This document shows positions 25,549-32,000 of a DNA stretch of 32,000 nt, piece by piece (position 1 is the stretch's first letter; the number at the start of each line of letters is the position of its first letter). Under the pieces are notes generated by a model. It worked only from the letters and a program-made list of their open reading frames with translations, ran no database searches and had not been told where the DNA came from. The translations under genes and the position numbers were made by a program. The DNA is from Synechococcus sp. A15-28 (GTDB lineage Bacteria; Cyanobacteriota; Cyanobacteriia; PCC-6307; Cyanobiaceae): contig NZ_CP047931.1 of assembly GCF_014280175.1 (NCBI RefSeq), positions 900,001 to 932,000 on the forward strand, read 5' to 3'.

Positions 25549-26894
25549 GCCCTCGCTTTGAACGCCGTCCCGGCGGTTCGTCCAGGACTGGACGACCGGG
25601 GCGCAGCGACCGACGTCGTCCTGATGATGATCGCCGCGAGTGGAACCAGGAGGAGCCGGTCCGGAGACGGCGCATAGAAGACCGTCCTCGGGGGCGCTCC
25701 GACGACGAGCGGCGAGCCCGTCCCGATCGCGGAGACCGTGGTGGCCGTTCACGGTTCATGGCCGACAGGCGTCCTGAACGACCTGAGCGCAGGGAGGGGC
25801 GTCGGGACGATCAACGTCGTGACGAGCGGTCCTATGGACGTCGTGATGATGCTCAGGGCGACCGGCGCGGTGATCGGCGGCCTTCGTTTCAAAGGGAGCG
25901 TTCGCGTCTCCCGTTCCGGGATCGTCCTCAGCGCAGACCAGAGGGCGAGGCTGCTGCTGCCACACCGCCAGCGGATGATCTGGTCTGGGGACGCCATGCC
26001 GCACTCGCGGCGCTGGAAGCCGGGAGACCGATTCATCGCATCTGGTGCACTCCTGAGATGCGCAGCGCCGCCAAGTTCCTGCAGTTGCTTCGCGATGCCA
26101 AGGCTTCCGGCGTGCTGGTGGAGGAGGTCACGTGGGCTCGTCTGGGGCAGATCACCGGAGGTTCGGTGCACCAGGGCATTGCGCTGCAGACAGCAGCTGC
26201 AGACACAATCGATCTGGAGAGCTTGATTGACGGTTGTTCCGATCTGGGGGAACCGCCCTTGCTGCTGGCTCTGGATGGCGTCACGGATCCCCACAACCTG
26301 GGCGCGGTGGTCCGCTCGGCTGAGGCGATGGGGGCCCATGGTGTGGTGTTGCCCCAGCGACGCAGCGCTGGCCTGACGGGTTCGGCGGCAAAGGTGGCTG
26401 CTGGTGCCCTCGAACACCTGCCGGTGGCGCGGGTGGTCAACCTCAACCGCTCCCTTGAGAAGCTGAAGGATGCCGGCTATCGCGTGATCGGCCTGGCGGG
26501 AGAGGGCGATGTGACCTTGCCCGATGTGGATCTCAGCGGGCCTCTGGTGCTGGTGACCGGTTCCGAGGATCAAGGGCTGTCCCTGCTGACACGCCGACAC
26601 TGCGACCAGTTGGTGAGGATTCCGCTGCGGGGGGTGACGCCAAGCCTGAATGCATCGGTGGCCACAGCGCTATGCGTCTACGAGGTGGCCCGCCGCAACT
26701 GGATGAAGGACATTCATGGTCAGGCTCCATCGCCGCCGATTCAGAGGGCGCGGATGGCTGGCCAGCGCGATGATGACATGCCTGAGCAGCCCGTTGAAAC
26801 GGCGCCTCCCGAGGAGCGCATCGAACTGGAACTTGAACGCCGTGATCGCGATGCAGGTTTGGAGTTTGATCAGAGCATCCAGCTTTCTCCCTGA
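25545..26894 (+). CDS. rlmB: SpoU/TrmH-family 23S rRNA (guanosine-2'-O)-methyltransferase RlmB with Arg/Asp-rich N-terminal extension
   Basis: An ATGA start/stop overlap links it to mrnC. About 142 N-terminal residues are low-complexity R/D/E/P/G. Next comes a SpoU_sub_bind-like region (VWGRHAALAALEAGRPIHRIW) and the SpoU core (LDGVTDPHNLGAVVRSAEAMGA, LVTGSEDQGLS, IPLRGVTPSLNASVA). An acidic tail of about 65 aa follows. Confidence 0.88.
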   Translation: MSPRFERRPGGSSRTGRPGRSDRRRPDDDRREWNQEEPVRRRRIEDRPRGRSDDERRARPDRGDRGGRSRFMADRRPERPERREGRRDDQRRDERSYGRRDDAQGDRRGDRRPSFQRERSRLPFRDRPQRRPEGEAAAATPPADDLVWGRHAALAALEAGRPIHRIWCTPEMRSAAKFLQLLRDAKASGVLVEEVTWARLGQITGGSVHQGIALQTAAADTIDLESLIDGCSDLGEPPLLLALDGVTDPHNLGAVVRSAEAMGAHGVVLPQRRSAGLTGSAAKVAAGALEHLPVARVVNLNRSLEKLKDAGYRVIGLAGEGDVTLPDVDLSGPLVLVTGSEDQGLSLLTRRHCDQLVRIPLRGVTPSLNASVATALCVYEVARRNWMKDIHGQAPSPPIQRARMAGQRDDDMPEQPVETAPPEERIELELERRDRDAGLEFDQSIQLSP

Positions 26895-26927
26895 GAAGAC
26901 CGTGTTATTTGGCCTGGTCGGTGCAAA

Positions 26928-27197
26928 ATGCCCCTACAAGACATGAGCTCCATGAGCCCTCTGATCCGGCCGCTGCGCAGCCTCGCCAATGGTGTCGGTC
27001 TGGCTTGGTGGGCCCGCGTCGAGACCACCGGGCCCGATGTGACCTACTGGTTCGGCCCTTTCCTCACCCGCAATGGCCTGGAGAGTGAGCTCGCCACCTT
27101 CATCGAGGATGTGGGCTCCGAGCAGCCTCAGTCCATGCGCCACACCTTGCTGCGGACGCGCCGTCGCGAGCCATTGACCATCGCTGCCGAGGGTTGA
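26928..27197 (+). CDS. DUF1816-family conserved cyanobacterial protein
   Basis: 89-aa ORF. The motif [39 protein letters not shown] matches the AWW..I.T..P.CTYYFGPF pattern of DUF1816. Confidence 0.7.
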   Translation: MPLQDMSSMSPLIRPLRSLANGVGLAWWARVETTGPDVTYWFGPFLTRNGLESELATFIEDVGSEQPQSMRHTLLRTRRREPLTIAAEG

Positions 27198-27240
27198 TCC
27201 CGCGGCTGATAGCGTCGCTCCTGCAACAGATCGCGGTTTC

Positions 27241-28701
27241 ATGACGATCAGCGCGTGGCGTCAGCAACTGCAGGCCGGTGAAGTCTCCTCCAGGGAACTG
27301 GTGGATGAGCATCTCCAGCGGTTGGAGCGGTCAGAGCCATCCCTGAATGCCTTCGTGCAGGTGACGGCTGATCGGGCTCGCGCCGAGGCCGATCGTGTCG
27401 ATCAGGCCCGTGCCGCAGGGGAAGACCTCGGTCCTCTGGCGGGTCTGCCGTTGGCAATCAAGGACAACCTCTGCACCCGTGGTGTTCGCACCACCTGCTC
27501 GAGCCGCATGCTTGAACAGTTCGTGCCTCCCTATGAGTCGACCGTGACCGATCGGCTGTGGACTGCCGGAGCCGTGTTGGTCGGCAAGACCAATCTGGAT
27601 GAATTCGCCATGGGGGGGTCCACCGAGACATCGGCGTTTGGTGCTACCAAAAACCCCTGGAACATCGGCCATGTTCCCGGCGGCAGCTCCGGCGGCAGTG
27701 CGGCCGCCGTGGCTTCCGGCAGCTGTGTGGCCTCACTCGGTTCGGATACGGGCGGCTCGATCCGCCAACCGGCTTCCTTCTGCGGTGTTGTGGGGTTGAA
27801 GCCCACCTACGGCAGGGTCAGCCGTTGGGGGCTTGTTGCCTTTGCCAGTTCCCTGGATCAGGTCGGACCTTTCGCCGGGTCTGTGGCGGATGCGGCCGAG
27901 CTGCTTCAGGTGATCGCCGGCCATGATGCGCGCGATTCCACTTGTTTGAAAGCGGACGTTCCCGATTACACCGGGGGCCTGAACACATCCATCAAGGGAT
28001 TGAAGGTCGGCATCATCCGCGAATGTTTTGACGCCGAAGGGCTTGATCCCGAAGTGAAGGCCTCCGTACAGGCTTCCGCTGCCCAGCTGGAGGCTCTCGG
28101 CGCTGAACTGGTGGATGTGAGCTGCCCGCGCTTCAACGACGGCATCGCCACGTACTACGTCATCGCGCCGTCGGAAGCCTCCGCCAATCTGGCCCGTTAC
28201 GACGGCGTCAAATATGGCTTCCGGGCTGACGATGCCGAAAGCCTGGCGGGCATGACCTCCCGCAGTCGCGCCGAAGGTTTCGGAGCCGAGGTGCAGCGCC
28301 GGATTCTGATCGGCACCTATGCCCTCTCCGCCGGTTACGTGGATGCCTACTACAAAAAGGCTCAGCAGGTCCGTACCCTGATTCGTCGCGACTTCGATTC
28401 GGCGTTCCAGCAGGTGGATGTTCTGTTTACACCAACAGCTCCATCCACAGCGTTCAAGACCGGCGCCCATGCCGATGACCCGCTGGCCATGTATCTGGCT
28501 GACCTGCTCACCATCCCTGTGAACCTGGCTGGGCTCCCGGCGATCAGCGTTCCCTGTGGATTCAGTGCTGCGGGGCTGCCGATCGGGATGCAGCTGATCG
28601 GCAATGTGCTCGATGAGCCGCGACTGCTGCAGGTGGCGCATCAGTACGAACAGGCTGCAGACGTCTTCGCGCAGCGCCCAGAAGCTGTTCTTGTGCCCTG
28701 A
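27241..28701 (+). CDS. gatA: Glutamyl-tRNA(Gln) amidotransferase subunit A
   Basis: 486-aa ORF with the amidase signature [14 protein letters not shown]...[16 protein letters not shown] and LAIKDN. Confidence 0.95.
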   Translation: MTISAWRQQLQAGEVSSRELVDEHLQRLERSEPSLNAFVQVTADRARAEADRVDQARAAGEDLGPLAGLPLAIKDNLCTRGVRTTCSSRMLEQFVPPYESTVTDRLWTAGAVLVGKTNLDEFAMGGSTETSAFGATKNPWNIGHVPGGSSGGSAAAVASGSCVASLGSDTGGSIRQPASFCGVVGLKPTYGRVSRWGLVAFASSLDQVGPFAGSVADAAELLQVIAGHDARDSTCLKADVPDYTGGLNTSIKGLKVGIIRECFDAEGLDPEVKASVQASAAQLEALGAELVDVSCPRFNDGIATYYVIAPSEASANLARYDGVKYGFRADDAESLAGMTSRSRAEGFGAEVQRRILIGTYALSAGYVDAYYKKAQQVRTLIRRDFDSAFQQVDVLFTPTAPSTAFKTGAHADDPLAMYLADLLTIPVNLAGLPAISVPCGFSAAGLPIGMQLIGNVLDEPRLLQVAHQYEQAADVFAQRPEAVLVP

Positions 28702-28758
28702 CCACCACATCTGGTGCTGAGGATGTCGGCCTCACGCTTGATCTTGCGTTAGGTCCTA

Positions 28759-31700
28759 GGCTGGGGGCATGGCATTCGTTCCGCTTCACAACCACAGCGA
28801 CTACAGCCTGCTCGATGGTGCTTCGCAGCTGCCGGCAATGGTGGAGCGTGCCAAGGAACTGGGCATGCCTGCCATCGCTCTGACCGATCACGGGGTGATG
28901 TATGGAGCGATTGAACTGCTGAAACTTTGTAAGGGTTCAGAACTCAAGCCGATCATCGGCAATGAGATGTATGTCATCAATGGTTCCATTGATGACCCTC
29001 AACCCAAGAAAGAAAAGCGATATCACCTCGTCGTTCTCGCAAAGAATGCCGTCGGATATCGCAATCTGGTCAAGCTGACAAGCATCAGCCATCTGCGCGG
29101 TATGCGCGGACGGGGAATTTTTTCGCGCGCCTGCATCGATAAGCACCTCCTCAAAAAGTACAGCGAGGGGTTGATCATCTCCACCGCCTGTTTGGGTGGT
29201 GAATTGCCGCAGGCAATCCTGCGGGGACGGCCGGATGTGGCTCGTACGGTGGCCCTTTGGTATCAGGAGGTCTTCGGCGAAGACTTCTACCTTGAAATCC
29301 AGGATCACGGCTCTCCTGAAGACCGGATCGTCAATGTCGAACTGGTTCGCATTGCCCAGGAACTTGGCATTCAGTTGGTGGCCACCAACGATGCTCATTA
29401 CCTCAGCAAGCAGGATGTGGAGGCCCATGACGCCTTGCTTTGCGTGCTCACGGGCAAACTGATCAGCGACGAGAAGCGGTTGCGATACACCGGCACGGAA
29501 TACATCAAGACCGAAGAGGAGATGAACCGACTCTTCGTGGATCATTTGGAGCCTGATGTGGTGCGTCAAGCCATCGCCAATACGGTGGCTGTTGCCGAAA
29601 AAGTGGAGGACTACGACATCCTGGGGCACTACCAGATGCCTCGGTTCCCCATTCCAGAGGGACACACCGCCGTCACCTATCTCCGTGAGGTCACAGAGCT
29701 TGGCTTGCGGGTCCGACAGGATCTGGCACCTGATGCGTCCATACCGGCGGACTATGCCGAGCGAATGGCCCATGAGTTGAAGATCATGGAACAGATGGGG
29801 TTCCCGACCTATTTCCTCGTGGTGTGGGACTACATCCGTTTCGCCCGCGAACAAAAAATTCCTGTCGGACCCGGTCGTGGTTCGGCGGCGGGATCCCTTG
29901 TGGCTTACGCCCTCGGAATCACCAACATTGATCCGGTGACGAACGGTCTTCTGTTCGAGCGTTTCCTCAATCCGGAACGGAAGTCGATGCCTGATATCGA
30001 CACCGACTTCTGCATTGAACGCCGTGGTGAAGTGATCGACTACGTCACCGAACGCTACGGCGACGACAAGGTGGCGCAGATCATCACGTTCAACCGGATG
30101 ACGTCCAAAGCAGTGCTGAAGGATGTGGCCCGGGTGCTGGATATTCCCTATGGCGATGCCGACCGTCTGGCGAAGTTGATCCCGGTTGTCCGCGGAAAAC
30201 CCGCCAAGTTGAAGGCCATGATCGGCGAGGAGTCACCAACGCCGGAATTCCGAGAAAAATATGAATCCGATCCGGTGGTCAAGCGCTGGGTGGATATGGC
30301 GATGCGAATCGAGGGGACCAACAAAACCTTCGGTGTGCATGCCGCCGGTGTTGTGATCGCTGCTGATCCGTTGGATGAATTGGTGCCATTGCAGCGCAAC
30401 AACGATGGTCAGGTGATCACGCAGTACTTCATGGAAGATGTGGAATCCATGGGGTTGCTGAAGATGGATTTCCTGGGGTTGAAGAACCTCACGATGATTG
30501 AGAAAACCCTGGAGTTGGTGGAAGTCAGCAGCGGCAACCGCATTGATCCCGATAAACTTCCTCCGGAAGATGAGGAAACGTTTTCTCTGCTTGCTCGGGG
30601 TGATCTCGAAGGGATTTTCCAGCTGGAGTCGAGCGGTATGCGCCAGATTGTTCGTGACCTCAAGCCGTCATCCCTGGAAGATATTTCATCAATTCTTGCC
30701 CTGTACAGACCCGGCCCTCTTGATGCAGGTTTGATCCCAAAATTCATCAATCGTAAACATGGCCGCGAAGCGATTGACTTCGCTCACGCGATTCTGGAAC
30801 CGATTCTGAGTGAAACTTACGGAATCATGGTTTACCAGGAACAGATCATGCGCATCGCGCAGGATCTTGCGGGATATTCACTGGGGCAGGCGGATCTGTT
30901 GCGCCGGGCTATGGGTAAGAAGAAGGTGTCGGAAATGCAGAAGCACCGTGGCATCTTCGTGAAGGGTGCATCAGAGCGCGGTGTTGATGACAAGGTTGCC
31001 GACGAATTGTTTGATCAGATGGTGCTCTTTGCTGAGTACTGCTTCAACAAGAGTCATTCCACGGCCTATGGCGCCGTGACCTACCAAACCGCATACCTCA
31101 AGGCGCATTATCCTGTGGCCTACATGGCTGCTTTGCTCACGGTCAATGCCGGTGCGGCCGACAAGGTGCAGCGCTACATCGCGAATTGCAATGCCATGGG
31201 CATCGAAGTCATGCCCCCTGATGTCAATGCCTCCCTGACGGATTTCACCCCCAACGGCGATCGCATTCTGTTTGGTCTGTCCGCCGTTCGAAATCTCGGC
31301 GATGGTGCCATTCGTCAGTTGATTCGTTCACGGAACAGCGATGGTCCCTTCCGATCGCTTCCTGATCTCTGCGATCGGGTCCCTTCGTCGGTGCTCAACC
31401 GCCGCGGGCTGGAGTCTCTGATCCATTGCGGCGCTTTGGATTCCATGGAGCCTTCCGCCAACCGGGCTCAATTGATGGCTGATCTCGATCTTCTCCTCGA
31501 CTGGGCCTCGTCAAGGGCCAAGGATCGAGATAGCGGTCAGGGCAATCTGTTCGACCTGATGGCAGCTCCGGACGATTCGGATGGTGCCTCTGATCTCAGC
31601 CTCGCCCCGAAGGCTGCTCCCGTGGCTGATTACGGTCCCGCAGAGAAGCTGAAGCTGGAAAAGGAGTTGCTCGGCTTCTACCTTTCGGACCATCCGCTGA

Positions 31701-32000
31701 AGCAGCTCACACCCAGTGCCCGCCTCCTTGCACCCATTGGCTTAGGAGCCCTTGAGGAGCAACCGGACAAGACCAAGGTCAGTGCAGTCACGATGATCAC
31801 CGAGTTGCGTCAGGTCACCACCCGCAAAGGGGATCGGATGGCGATTCTTCAGCTGGAAGACCTTTCCGGCAGCTGCGAAGCAGTGGTTTTTCCCAAGAGT
31901 TATGCCCGACTGGCGGACCATCTGATGACCGAAGCCCGTCTGTTGGTGTGGGCCGGCGTGGATCGACGGGACGATCGCGTTCAGTTGATCATTGACGACT
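28759..32000 (+). CDS. dnaE: DNA polymerase III alpha subunit, 5' 1080 codons (continues beyond the window)
   Basis: It is not in the ORF track because no stop is reached. My manual frame-1 translation from ATG 28759 gives [25 protein letters not shown] (PHP domain), then [35 protein letters not shown] and an OB-fold region near the end. It is contiguous, with no intein or split. Confidence 0.93.

Noticed and set aside
25545-25970. The repetitive CG-rich DNA (cgacg/gaccg-type repeats) considered as a tandem DNA repeat or CRISPR-like array.
   Set aside because: There is no fixed-length repeat/spacer periodicity. The pattern is explained by codons for an Arg/Asp-rich low-complexity protein segment in frame with rlmB.
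28759-32000. Possible split or intein-containing dnaE, as in some cyanobacteria.
   Set aside because: My manual translation is continuous through the PHP, palm/fingers and OB-fold regions. It has no intein block motifs, no in-frame stop and no inserted sequence.

Overview
High-GC (about 60% by hand counts) cyanobacterial chromosome segment. Gene content is typical of a marine Synechococcus of subcluster 5.1: solanesyl-PP synthase, a standalone pstS next to a CRP-family ptrA-like regulator, and DUF1350, DUF1816 and DUF3288-like genes. That placement, including a WH8102-like arrangement, is my inference from content and memory, not a search result. The window is almost entirely densely packed core housekeeping genes: murF (3' end), glmU, mnmC-like methyltransferase, aroA, ubiD, comB-family phosphatase, nitrilase-family hydrolase, amiC, murI, sds, HAD hydrolase, acs, DUF1350, bcp, DnaQ-like exonuclease, pstS, ptrA-like regulator, tRNA-Pro(GGG), msrA, an ABC exporter, trpD, carA, STAS protein, mini-RNase III, rlmB, DUF1816, gatA, and dnaE (open to the window end; absent from the ORF track because it has no stop). 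I see no CRISPR array, transposase, integrase, prophage or recognisable defence or toxin-antitoxin cluster. The only clearly accessory DNA is a ~1.55 kb low-GC islet (1465-3019). It carries a GGxGxD (RTX/beta-roll-like) repeat surface-protein gene broken by two in-frame TAA codons and two frameshifts. Secondary points of interest are candidate Pho boxes sharing a CCTTAACC core upstream of both pstS and ptrA, a CRP-like site upstream of pstS, an exonuclease fused to a DUF5710-like tail, an Arg/Asp-rich extension on RlmB, and orphan small membrane ORFs next to tRNA-Pro. I cannot support a claim of a new multi-gene system here; the islet gene is the best lead. Many long ORFs in the track are antisense artefacts of high GC.
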